Part shown: positions 9,873 through 18,700 of the stretch, one piece after another
Numbering within the stretch: position 1 is the stretch's first letter
Layout of the letters: each line of letters begins with the position of its first letter
DNA from: an uncultured Acidobacteriota bacterium
Lineage (GTDB): Bacteria > Acidobacteriota > Vicinamibacteria > Fen-336 > JAGNNV01
Assembly (NCBI GenBank): GCA_964396875.1
Contig: CAYNHK010000004.1
Coordinates: 1-60,354 of the forward strand
Reading direction: 5' to 3'
Length of the DNA: 60,354 bases
Program-made: the position numbers and the translations under genes
Notes under the pieces: model-generated
Seen by the model: only the letters and a program-made list of their open reading frames with translations
Database searches by the model: none
What the model was told of the DNA's origin: nothing

Positions 9873-10513
9873 GAAATCACCTCAACGCCCCGGGGGACGT
9901 CGAACCGGAACTCCGCATCTTTGAGACCCACATTCTCCTTGAAACCGTCGAAAACAAGGCGACTGGTCGATCCTTCGGCGTCCCGGATCTCGAGGGCGAG
10001 GAGGCGCAGCGAGGCGTCAACGACCACCGCGATGCGCGTGACGTCCGCGTCTTTCTCGCCAGCCTTGGGAACGAGGATCAGCTTGCGGCCGAGCGGGTCG
10101 GCCTCTTCGCCCACGCAATCGAAGTGGTCGAGCAGTTTCCCCTCGGCCAGGATGCGCGCGGTGGCGCGTCGATCGCCCCGCTGGTTCTGAACCATCACCT
10201 GTTTGTCGCGCGGGACATAGAAATAGTAGCTGTCGCCGTCGGCCACGAAGAGCTTCTTTTCGGGCGCCGCGTACTCGAACAGCATTCGGGAGGGCCGCTT
10301 GACCTTGACCGTGCCGGTCTCGGTGATCGCGCGGCCAAGCGCGCCCGAGCGGTAGGTCTGCGTGAACTTCGCAGTGAAGTCGCGGATCTTGAGACTCCGG
10401 GCATCGAAACTCGCGAGCAGCGCCTGAGCGTCCTGGGGCACAGGCGACGCCTTTGCCGGACCGGCCTGCATGGGAACCACCAGCGACACGGCCAGAATCA
10501 GGGTCAGACTCAC
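9869..10513 (-). CDS. LolA-like outer-membrane lipoprotein carrier family protein
   Basis: LolA-like pattern (FTAKFTQTYRSGALGRAITETGTVKVKRPSRMLFEY...KLFVADGDSYYFYVPRDKQV). I prefer the GTG start at 10511-10513, which gives the signal peptide VSLTLILAVSLVVPMQAGPAKA and has GAAGG just upstream. The stop overlaps the secretin ATG as ATGA. Confidence 0.75.
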   Translation of the reverse strand: MSLTLILAVSLVVPMQAGPAKASPVPQDAQALLASFDARSLKIRDFTAKFTQTYRSGALGRAITETGTVKVKRPSRMLFEYAAPEKKLFVADGDSYYFYVPRDKQVMVQNQRGDRRATARILAEGKLLDHFDCVGEEADPLGRKLILVPKAGEKDADVTRIAVVVDASLRLLALEIRDAEGSTSRLVFDGFKENVGLKDAEFRFDVPRGVEVIS

Positions 10514-10528
10514 GCCTTCGATGATAGA

Positions 10529-10554
10529 CGAGCCCCTCGATCGAGCCCCTCGAT
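10529..10554. repeat. Perfect tandem duplication of a 13-bp unit (CGAGCCCCTCGAT x2) in a 58-bp divergent intergenic region
   Basis: Read directly: 10529-10541 equals 10542-10554. The second copy is part of the palindrome ATCGAG-CCC-CTCGAT. The pair is bracketed by GATAGA(C)/(GAT)AGAC. Confidence 0.8.
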
Positions 10555-10571
10555 AGACTGGGCGCCGTCCA

Positions 10572-10946
10572 ATGAACCGTCCCCTGATCGCGGCCGCGCT
10601 CCTCGTCCTCCTCATCTCGGGGGCCCATTCGTACCTGGGCGAGCGCTACATCCTCATGCGCCTGTTCCGGCGCTCGGACCTTCCCAAACTCTTCGGCAGC
10701 GACGAGTTCACGCGGAAGACGCTGCGTTTCGCGTGGCACATCACGAGTCTGGCGTGGCTCGGACTCGCGGGCGTGATGATTCTGATGGCCTCACCGGGAG
10801 GCGTGACCTCCGCCGGCCTGAGTCGCGTAATCTCCCTGACCTTCGGCCTCTCCGGCATCGTGGCCCTCGTGGGCTCGCGCGGCCGTCACCTTTCGTGGAT
10901 CGTGTTCTTCGCGATCGCGGGACTCGTCTGGGCCGGGCCCCGGTAA
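10572..10946 (+). CDS. Small integral membrane protein, unknown function (about 4 TM)
   Basis: 124 aa with four hydrophobic stretches and GC3-rich codons. No motif recognised. Confidence 0.6.
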   Translation: MNRPLIAAALLVLLISGAHSYLGERYILMRLFRRSDLPKLFGSDEFTRKTLRFAWHITSLAWLGLAGVMILMASPGGVTSAGLSRVISLTFGLSGIVALVGSRGRHLSWIVFFAIAGLVWAGPR

Positions 10947-10961
10947 AACTAAGGAGTCCTG

Positions 10962-11429
10962 ATGGCTTTTCGAGCGCCCGTTCTTCTGCTTCTCGCCGCA
11001 ACCTTGAGCGCACGTTCAACCTGGGCAGCCACCGATGTCGAAGCCCTCCGGGCCCTCCATGAGAAGGTCATGGTGGCGCATCGCCAGAGCAATGTCGAGC
11101 TTCTGCTCGATGACGAGTCGGCGGACTACATCGTGGCGAGTCGTGGAGAGATATCAAGGCCCACGATCACGGAGCGGAGAGAGCGGCTCGGGCCTTACCT
11201 TCGGCGAACCTCCTTCGCGGAGTACAAGGACGCGGTTGAGCCGGTGATCACCGTGTCAAAGGACGGAACACTCGGTTGGGTGGTCGTGCAGGTCCAGGCG
11301 CGCGGCGTTCAAACCGGCGCCGATGGGAAGAAGGAGCCCATCGCGTTCGCGAGCGCCTGGATCGAACTCTACGAAAAGCGGAGTGGCCGTTGGTATCGCA
11401 CCGGGAACGTCTCGAACTTCCAGGAGTAG
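10962..11429 (+). CDS. Secreted NTF2-like (SnoaL/DUF4440-like) protein
   Basis: Signal peptide MAFRAPVLLLLAATLSARSTWA. The body has an NTF2-like pattern (ALHEKVMVAHRQSNVELLLD...WVVVQVQARG...SAWIELYEKRSGRWY). Confidence 0.6.
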   Translation: MAFRAPVLLLLAATLSARSTWAATDVEALRALHEKVMVAHRQSNVELLLDDESADYIVASRGEISRPTITERRERLGPYLRRTSFAEYKDAVEPVITVSKDGTLGWVVVQVQARGVQTGADGKKEPIAFASAWIELYEKRSGRWYRTGNVSNFQE

Positions 11430-11437
11430 GCGTGCCC

Positions 11438-13414
11438 CTACCGGCGATCGCCAGTTGCCTTTGCCACGGCCTTGTCGCAGGAAACGCACTTGTGGTTGTT
11501 CTTGGCGCCCATGCTTTCGAGTAGAGCGATCGTGGCCGGGAAGGGCTCGACGCGCTGAACCGGAGCGTTCGCCATGTCCACGGTCGTGCGGCCCTCGCGG
11601 CTCACCGCCATCACGTCGGCGCCCTTCGAGACGAGGTACTTGATCATCTCGTTGTCGCCACGCGCGGCGGCGTGGTGGAGCGCGGTGTTTCCCTCGTGAT
11701 CGGCGACGTTCACGTCGGCGTGAAGTTCTTCAACGAGATATTTGACCGCCGCCAGCATGCCGCCGGGTGCAAACCGATGTGAGTTCGCGGCGAACCCTTC
11801 GCCGTAACCGACGCCCGCCGCGGCCTGGAGCGCGGTGATCGCGGGGCCGCCGGTGGGAACGGGCGGAAGACCCGACACGTCCTTCGTGTCGCGTTGGCCA
11901 TCACCGGTGCGGGGACGCCCCGCGGCCTTCATCGTGCGAATGTTGGGATCGGCTCCGTGAGCGACCAGAAGCTTCATGGCGTCGACGTCCGAGGCGTAGG
12001 CGGCGCGCCAGAACGCGGTGGCGCCGGTTTCATCGACGCCGGAGAGATCGAAGTTGTAGCCCGAGTACCAGACCTTCTTCTTGAGCCGCGCGTCCACGAC
12101 CGCGCCCTTCTCGAGGAGCGCCTTCATCAGATCGAGGTAACTCGCCTTCTGCTGCATGTGCGCGCGGGGCTGGGGATAAAGGGCCTTGGGAGCCCACTGG
12201 ACATTGACCGCGGCGTAGAGCGGCGTGACGCCATTGTCGCTGGCGAGCCGGGGATCGGCGCCGCGCTCGAGGAGATAGAGGGCGAGGTCGAACTGGCCGT
12301 TGATGGTCGCCATGAGAAGCGGGCTCGTCTGGTCGCCCGCGCTCACGAAGTTGATATCGGCGCCCGCGTCGAGAAGAGCCTTCACGGTGGCGGCCTGACC
12401 CTGGCGCACCGCGAGATGGAGCGGTGTCATGCCACCCGTCGCCGCCACCATCTCGTTGTAGAAGTAGGGGCGATCGACACCCGCTACCTGAGGCTTCTTG
12501 GGCGCAGGCGAGGCCGCGGGCGACGGCGGGGGGGTTGCGGGCGACGGCACAGGCGCCGCTGCAGGGGTTGACTTCGATTCGGCCTTCGCCGTCTTCTGCC
12601 TCTTCTCGGACTTTTGGGGTGCTGCGGAAGCGGCGGGGGTCGATGCGCTCAGGGTCGTAGCGCCGCCGAGACCCGCGGCTTTCGCAGCCTGGGTCGCGGC
12701 ATCCACGGGAGGAACCGCAGCGTCGTCAGTTTTGCCTTCTTCGCCGGGCTTCGGCGTGGTCGGCGTGCCGCCCGCAACCGCGGCCGCGAACGCCTCCTGC
12801 GCCTCGCGCGTGAACGCATTCACGTCGACCACCTTCGTCGTGGTCTTCACATCCGCGCCATGGCCGATGAGGTACTTCACGACGTCGGTCCGGCCGCCCA
12901 CCGCCGCGAACATCAGCGCGGTCTGACCCATCGCCTTCTCTCTGGCGGCCAGGTCGGCGCCCTTCTCGACGAGCGCCTTCACGGCGGCAACGTTCCCCGA
13001 AGCCGCGGCGAACATCAGCGCCGATGTGCCGTTTGTGGTCGATTGATTCGCGTCCGCCCCGCCCTTGAGAAGGGTTTCGATCATCGCGGCGTCGCCGGCC
13101 TTCGCGGCCAGGAGCAGCGGCGTGTAGCCGCCGAGTCGTGTCGTGGCCTTGAGGTTCGCCCCCGCGTAGATGAGGACTTGCGCGAGTTCGGTATCGCCGT
13201 CGATCGCCACCTGGTGCACCGCGGTGAGACCGTCGCCCATCGCCGCGTTCACGTCGGCGCCGCTCTTGAGCAGCGCGCGCAGTCCGGCCTTGTCCTTCGC
13301 GGCGACCGCCTGGAGAACGCTCGTGGGGCCCTCGAAAGACCAGCCCGGGACCGCCACCGCGAGGGCGATCACCGCCGCGGTGTTCCTGCTCATTGCCGAC
13401 AAGGTGAATCTCAT
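11438..13414 (-). CDS. Exported ankyrin-repeat protein with a central Pro/Ala/Thr-rich linker
   Basis: Signal peptide, then repeated ANK consensus (G.TALM.AA..G...VVKYLI..GADVN and TPLHLAVRQGQAATVKALLDAGADIN). A roughly 100-aa low-complexity linker separates two ANK blocks. Confidence 0.85.
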   Translation of the reverse strand: MRFTLSAMSRNTAAVIALAVAVPGWSFEGPTSVLQAVAAKDKAGLRALLKSGADVNAAMGDGLTAVHQVAIDGDTELAQVLIYAGANLKATTRLGGYTPLLLAAKAGDAAMIETLLKGGADANQSTTNGTSALMFAAASGNVAAVKALVEKGADLAAREKAMGQTALMFAAVGGRTDVVKYLIGHGADVKTTTKVVDVNAFTREAQEAFAAAVAGGTPTTPKPGEEGKTDDAAVPPVDAATQAAKAAGLGGATTLSASTPAASAAPQKSEKRQKTAKAESKSTPAAAPVPSPATPPPSPAASPAPKKPQVAGVDRPYFYNEMVAATGGMTPLHLAVRQGQAATVKALLDAGADINFVSAGDQTSPLLMATINGQFDLALYLLERGADPRLASDNGVTPLYAAVNVQWAPKALYPQPRAHMQQKASYLDLMKALLEKGAVVDARLKKKVWYSGYNFDLSGVDETGATAFWRAAYASDVDAMKLLVAHGADPNIRTMKAAGRPRTGDGQRDTKDVSGLPPVPTGGPAITALQAAAGVGYGEGFAANSHRFAPGGMLAAVKYLVEELHADVNVADHEGNTALHHAAARGDNEMIKYLVSKGADVMAVSREGRTTVDMANAPVQRVEPFPATIALLESMGAKNNHKCVSCDKAVAKATGDRR

Positions 13415-13427
13415 GGTAGGCGCGGGT

Positions 13428-14822
13428 TCAGGCCTTCGACGTGACCGCGTTGAGATCGAATGTGCCCGTGCTGTCCCCGAACGCCTTCATGTCGTCAAGG
13501 CCAAGGGTGTGCAGCATTGAGAGCATCACGTTCGCCATCGGCGTTTCGTCCTGCGCCTTGAGATGCAGGCCGCCCTTGAGCTTCCCGCCCGCGTGGCCGG
13601 CCAGAAGCAGGGGACAACGCTTGTGGTTGTGCAGGTTGGAGTTCCCCATCGGCGAACCGTAGAGGACCATGGTGTTGTCGAGCAGGGTGCCCTCGCCGTC
13701 CGGGGTGTTCTTGAGCTTGTCCAGGAAGTACGGAAGCATGCTGACGTGATACTTGTTGATCTTCGCGAAGTCGACGATCTTGTCTTCCTTGTCCTGGTGG
13801 TGCGAGCAGGGATGGAAGGCCTGGTTGTTGCCGCTCTCGGGGTAGGTGCGGGACGAGCCATCGCGGGCGAGCTTGAAGGAGAACACCCGGGTGACGTCGG
13901 AGGCGAAAGCCACAGCCTGCAGATCGAACATCAGGCGGACGTGCTCCTTGAACGAATCGGGAACGCCGATGGGCGCTTCGGGCATCTCGCGGACTTCCCC
14001 GCTCGTATTGAACTTCTCGACCCGCTGAATCCGGCGCTCGATCTCCCGGATGTTGTCGAGGTAGTCCGACAGCCGCGCGCGGTCAGTTGCGCCGAGGTTC
14101 TTCTTGAGGCGGGACGCTTCGACGGTGATCCAGTCGAGGATGCTCTTGTCGGCCCGTCGTTGAGCCGACCGTTCCTCGGCGGTGGCGCCCACGCCGAACA
14201 GCTGATCAAACGCGGCACGCGGGTCGCGGATCATCGGAAGCGGCTTCTCCGGTGCGGCCCAGCTGATGGTGTCGGTGTAGACGCACGCGTAGCCATAGGC
14301 GCAACCACCGGCCTGATCGACGTTCTCGATCGCGAGTTGCATCGAGGGAATGGCCGTCTCGTGCCCGACCCGCTGGGCATAGAACTGATCGAGCGAAGTT
14401 CCGACAAAGACATCCGAACCCTGCGTCTGCTTGGGATGCATCTGGGTGAGGAAGGTGGCGCTCGAACGGAAGTGGTCGCCGCCGATCTCCGGTGGATGGA
14501 AGGCCTCGGCGTTCTTCACGTCGGTGTTGCTCACGATCGTGATGTGATCCCGGTAGGACTCGAGGGGTGAGAGGACCGACGGAGTCAGGTCGAAGTCGCG
14601 GCCCACCTGAGCGGGAGACCAGAGGTTCTTCTCGATGCCGATGGCGGTGCTGCCGGCAGCGCCGTGGACCATTTCGATCGCAGAGAGCCGGATCTTCCCG
14701 AGTCCGGTCTTCGCGAACGCGGTGCGCGCCGGGATCATGGCATCGAGGAAGGGGAGCGCGATCGTGGCCCCCACGCCTCTAAGAGCGGTGCGGCGGGAGA
14801 TGTGCGTCCTGGTGATGAACAT
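13428..14822 (-). CDS. DUF1552 domain protein with Tat-type signal
   Basis: N-terminus ISRRTALRGVGATIALPFLDAM is the typical DUF1552 start. 464 aa, 14 nt downstream of the DUF1592 gene. Confidence 0.88.
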   Translation of the reverse strand: MFITRTHISRRTALRGVGATIALPFLDAMIPARTAFAKTGLGKIRLSAIEMVHGAAGSTAIGIEKNLWSPAQVGRDFDLTPSVLSPLESYRDHITIVSNTDVKNAEAFHPPEIGGDHFRSSATFLTQMHPKQTQGSDVFVGTSLDQFYAQRVGHETAIPSMQLAIENVDQAGGCAYGYACVYTDTISWAAPEKPLPMIRDPRAAFDQLFGVGATAEERSAQRRADKSILDWITVEASRLKKNLGATDRARLSDYLDNIREIERRIQRVEKFNTSGEVREMPEAPIGVPDSFKEHVRLMFDLQAVAFASDVTRVFSFKLARDGSSRTYPESGNNQAFHPCSHHQDKEDKIVDFAKINKYHVSMLPYFLDKLKNTPDGEGTLLDNTMVLYGSPMGNSNLHNHKRCPLLLAGHAGGKLKGGLHLKAQDETPMANVMLSMLHTLGLDDMKAFGDSTGTFDLNAVTSKA

Positions 14823-14836
14823 GAGCGTGTGTGCTC

Positions 14837-17269
14837 CTATGGGAACGTCCTGGTGTACTGCGACGGCGTCGCCTGGGCCTGGCCCATCGTGAAGGGCGCG
14901 CTCTTCGCGATGCCCAGCACGATCGAAGACAGGCGAAAACCGTCCTTCGAAGCGTCGCGAACAATCGCCCTGATCGTCGGGCCATCGGTCGCTTCGACGC
15001 GCCGGCCAAGCGCGTATGTCATGAGGTATTCCGTGAAACCGCGAACCACCGCCTCGGAATGGTCGAGCAGCGCCTTGCGCAGATCGTCGGGCCCGTTGAG
15101 GGGAGTGCCGTCATAGAGGCGCCCGCCCGCGTCGACGAGGATGCCGCTGTCTTTGATCCTCCACCGGCCGTCGACATCGTAGTTCTCGAGAGCGAGACCG
15201 ATCGGGTCGATGACCCGGTGACAGGAATTGCAGGCCGGGTTCTTGCGATGTTCTTCAAGGCGCTCGCGAACCGTCATGAGCTTGCCGCCGCCGTTCGTGA
15301 TCTTCGTGTCCTCGAGCGCGGGGACATTGGGCGGGGGCGGAGGTGGGGCCGAATGGAGGAGAACTTCGAGCACCCACTTGCCGCGCTGCACCGGTGAGGT
15401 CCGGTCTGCGACCGACGTGAGGGCCAGGATGCTGCCCTGTCCGAGGAGGCCGCGGCGCGGGAAGGAGCTGATGTCGACCCGGCGGAAACGATCGCCGCTC
15501 ACGTTCGGAATTCCGTAGTGCCGGGCCACGCGTTCGTTGACGAACGTGTAGTCGGCGGTCAGAAGATCGAGGACACTGCGGTCCTCGCGGACAATGCTGT
15601 CGAAGAGAAGCTGGGTCTCCCGGCGGAGCCCTTCGGCAAGAGTCGCGTCGTAGAAGGGATAAAGGAGCGCATCGGGCCGGATCTTGTCGAGGTCCTGCAG
15701 CCTCAACCATTGCGACGCGAAGCGCGTGGAGAGCGCCTCGGCGCGCGGATCGAGCAGCATCCGCCTCACCTGCTTCTCGAGTCCCAGTGGGCTTCCAAGA
15801 AGCCCAGCCTTCGCGGCTTTGAGCAGTGCCTCGTCCGGGCCAGCACCCCACAGGAAGAACGAAAGACGCGACGCCAGCTCGAGGTCGCCGATCCGGTACG
15901 TCTCCCCCGCTTTCACGATGGCCGGTGTGGACTCGATCCTGAACAGGAACTTGGGGCTCGCGAGGATCGCTTGAAGCGCCATCTTGACGCCCGCCTCGAA
16001 GTCGTCTTTCGCTCGGCCCTGCTCATAGAGCTTCATGAGGCCGGCGGTGTCCTGCGCGTCGACGTTTCCGCGATAGGCGGCGGCGCTCAGTCGGCGGATG
16101 ATCTCGCGAGCGCAGCTGGTCTCTTCGGCGGGTTCGGTGGGCCGGCAGGAGAAGACGCGACGCCGGCTCGGCGTATCGGAAACGCCGGTCACACGCAGCG
16201 GGCCGGTGATCGCGAAGTCGCGCAGATGCGGAAGCGCCGTGACGCCATAGCCGCTGCCGATCTGCGTATCGGCGAGGGTGTAGTCGATGGGGGTGAGGAG
16301 GTCGTCGACCGGGGCTTCGAACTTCTGGATGAAAGCCGCGGACACGCGGTGCGGACCCGCGGTGACGTGCACGCGCAGGGTCTGGAGGTTCATGCCGTTG
16401 GGGTCGGCCTCGCTCATCCGCGTGTTGATGGGCAGCAGGGAAACCCGCGCGCCGTCGATCGAAACTTCGATCTGTTCGCCTTTGACCGTGCTGCCGAAAA
16501 GCTGCCCGGTCGGGATCGAGTGCAGCATCATGCGGAAGCTGTAATCACCGTCCGCAGGAAAATTGTGGATCACCGAGAGGCCGCCACGAGTGCCGAAGGG
16601 AGCGCCCGGCACATGGTCGCTTTGAGAGGCGGTGCGGTCGATCTTGTAGGTGGTCTCGGTGGGAGACGCGTTTTTGTCGCCGATCGCGAGGGAACTCACC
16701 CGGCTCGCCGCGCGGAGATACCCTTCCATCAGGACCGGCGAGAACAGTTGGGCATCGGCCACGTTGTCGAAACCGTGGGCCATGGTGTCGGGGGGCAGGA
16801 ACGCGGTCACGTCCACGTCGATCCCCAGCAGGTCCTTGACCGAGCGAGCGTACTCCGCGCGATTCAAACGCTGGAAGGGGCGGAACCCCGGGTTCGGTCG
16901 CAGCGCGGCCGCGCGGTCGAGTCGCCCCTCGAGATACTCGACCATCACCTTCGCTTCGTCTCCCTCAGGCCGCTTGGCCCCGGGGGGCGGCATCAGGCCG
17001 GTGCGGAGTTTCTTGACGATGCGTTCGCCGAGCTCTTTGTCGGAGGTCACCTTCGTGGCATCGAACGACTCGAGCGAAACGCCGCCCGACTTCTGGCCTT
17101 CGTGGTGGCAACTCGAGCAGTAGTCGCTCACGAGTTCGTTGGTGTACGCCCCCGCGGGGGTCGGCGTGGGCTTCGCGGCAGGGCCTTTCGCGCGCGGACC
17201 CTGGGCGTCGGCCGGGGCGGCCTGGATCGCGAAAGCGGCGGCGAGAATCGCCGGACCAAACCTGTTCAT
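14837..17269 (-). CDS. DUF1592/DUF1588/DUF1585-family protein with PSCyt-like CXXCH motifs
   Basis: Start taken at MNRFGPAILAAAFAIQA (ATG 17267-17269). CXXCH motifs at CSSCH (nt 17105-17119) and CNSCH near the C-terminus. This architecture typically pairs with DUF1552. Confidence 0.88.
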   Translation of the reverse strand: MNRFGPAILAAAFAIQAAPADAQGPRAKGPAAKPTPTPAGAYTNELVSDYCSSCHHEGQKSGGVSLESFDATKVTSDKELGERIVKKLRTGLMPPPGAKRPEGDEAKVMVEYLEGRLDRAAALRPNPGFRPFQRLNRAEYARSVKDLLGIDVDVTAFLPPDTMAHGFDNVADAQLFSPVLMEGYLRAASRVSSLAIGDKNASPTETTYKIDRTASQSDHVPGAPFGTRGGLSVIHNFPADGDYSFRMMLHSIPTGQLFGSTVKGEQIEVSIDGARVSLLPINTRMSEADPNGMNLQTLRVHVTAGPHRVSAAFIQKFEAPVDDLLTPIDYTLADTQIGSGYGVTALPHLRDFAITGPLRVTGVSDTPSRRRVFSCRPTEPAEETSCAREIIRRLSAAAYRGNVDAQDTAGLMKLYEQGRAKDDFEAGVKMALQAILASPKFLFRIESTPAIVKAGETYRIGDLELASRLSFFLWGAGPDEALLKAAKAGLLGSPLGLEKQVRRMLLDPRAEALSTRFASQWLRLQDLDKIRPDALLYPFYDATLAEGLRRETQLLFDSIVREDRSVLDLLTADYTFVNERVARHYGIPNVSGDRFRRVDISSFPRRGLLGQGSILALTSVADRTSPVQRGKWVLEVLLHSAPPPPPPNVPALEDTKITNGGGKLMTVRERLEEHRKNPACNSCHRVIDPIGLALENYDVDGRWRIKDSGILVDAGGRLYDGTPLNGPDDLRKALLDHSEAVVRGFTEYLMTYALGRRVEATDGPTIRAIVRDASKDGFRLSSIVLGIAKSAPFTMGQAQATPSQYTRTFP

Positions 17270-17395
17270 GACGCTGTGCTTGCCTCTTCTTTCGTCGCCC
17301 AGCGTGCGTGGGCTTCGTGGGGCCAAAAGCGGTGGACCCATGGTGCGGGCAGTATAGGGGCCGGTTTCGCGCGGGGGGCTTTCGAGGCCCGCAGT

Positions 17396-17941
17396 TCAAC
17401 GTTCGATCGGCGCAGGTGGTTTAGGCGGGTCTCCCATGAGCTGACGGACCAGGCTCGACTCCCGGGAGTAGAAGCCCGCAGTATGGAAGGAATCGCGGAA
17501 CTTGTAGTGCGAGTAGTCGAGGTGATGGAGGACTTCGTGGAGGAGAGTGCGGAGGAAGGTCTTGAAAGCGACGACCTTTCCAAGCGCCGCCGTCCGCATC
17601 CAGACCTTGATCTGGGGTTTCCGCCCCGGACTCACCGTGTAGAGCCCGTGGAGCTCGCTGCCCTTCCGGCGCGGGCGCTCGGCCAGAACCAGGACGCTCA
17701 CCTCGGGCACGCGCATGAGTCGGGTCAAGGCGAGAACCAGGGCTTCGGCCGCCGCGGAAACGGCCCGGTGATCGTCTTTGAGGAGCGCTTCCTTGAGGAT
17801 GGGCAGGAGGGGCCGGACCAGCTCCGCGTTCGGCAGCGCCACCTCGCGAATGGCGTCACTCGCGAGATAGATCTTCTTCGCGGGCGCGGAAAGACGATTG
17901 AAGTAGGAGAAGGGCATCCTCGCGGATTGTAGGTGCGACAA
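17396..17941 (-). CDS. Hypothetical protein with an HExxH motif (possible Zn-metallopeptidase-like fold)
   Basis: 181 aa containing LLHEVLHHLD, 29 nt downstream of upp on the same strand. An alternative start is at M9 (17917). Family not recognised. Confidence 0.5.
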   Translation of the reverse strand: MSHLQSARMPFSYFNRLSAPAKKIYLASDAIREVALPNAELVRPLLPILKEALLKDDHRAVSAAAEALVLALTRLMRVPEVSVLVLAERPRRKGSELHGLYTVSPGRKPQIKVWMRTAALGKVVAFKTFLRTLLHEVLHHLDYSHYKFRDSFHTAGFYSRESSLVRQLMGDPPKPPAPIER

Positions 17942-17970
17942 GCAGCTTCGCTGCTGGTGTGCCGCCTCGA

Positions 17971-18603
17971 CTACTTCGTTCCGAAGAGCCGATCTCCCGC
18001 GTCCCCGAGACCGGGAAGGATGTAGCCGTGGTCGTTGAGCCTCTCATCGACCGCGGCCGTGATGATCGGAACATCGGGGTGCGCCGCCGCGAGGTTCGCG
18101 ATTCCCTCCGGACAGGCGAGCAGGCACACGAGGCGGAGAGAGCCGGGCTTCGCCCGCTTCAGTCGGTCGAGGGCCGCGATCGCGGAGTTTCCGGTGGCGA
18201 GCATGGGGTCGCAGACAAAGACGTCACGGTCTTCGAGTTGCTGCGGAACCTTGAAGTAGTACTCGATGGCGTTCAGGGTCTTCGGATCGCGGTAAAGGCC
18301 GACGTGACCCACCCGGGCGGAGGGGACGAGCTGCAGCATGCCGTCGACCAGCCCCTGACCCGCGCGCATGATCGCGATGAGAACGAGCTTCTTGCCTTCG
18401 AGCGTCGGCGCCTTCATCTCCATGAGCGGGGTCTGGATTGTCTCTTCCGTGAGCTTCAGGTTGCGCATCGCTTCATAACCGAGCAGCAGGGCGATCTCGG
18501 AAAGGAGGGCGCGGAACTGCGCGGTGCTCGTCTCCTTGCGGCGCATAAGGGTCAGCTTGTGCTTGACCAGCGGGTGGTCGACGACGGTGAGATGGGGATG
18601 CAT
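17971..18603 (-). CDS. upp: Uracil phosphoribosyltransferase
   Basis: 210 aa with a full-length Upp pattern ([14 protein letters not shown]...RAGQGLVDG...[12 protein letters not shown]...[17 protein letters not shown]). Confidence 0.95.
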   Translation of the reverse strand: MHPHLTVVDHPLVKHKLTLMRRKETSTAQFRALLSEIALLLGYEAMRNLKLTEETIQTPLMEMKAPTLEGKKLVLIAIMRAGQGLVDGMLQLVPSARVGHVGLYRDPKTLNAIEYYFKVPQQLEDRDVFVCDPMLATGNSAIAALDRLKRAKPGSLRLVCLLACPEGIANLAAAHPDVPIITAAVDERLNDHGYILPGLGDAGDRLFGTK

Positions 18604-18700
18604 GACGCCGACGATAAACCCGACCGGAGCGGCCGTTGAAGCGATTCAACCGCTTGAACAGCACGCAGGTTTCTGGTAGCCGCCGGAGCTCTCGGGCGCT

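Noticed and set aside
15518-17932. 804-aa plus-strand ORF
   Set aside because: It lies antisense to the DUF1592-family gene and the HExxH gene. There are no motifs and the composition is biased.
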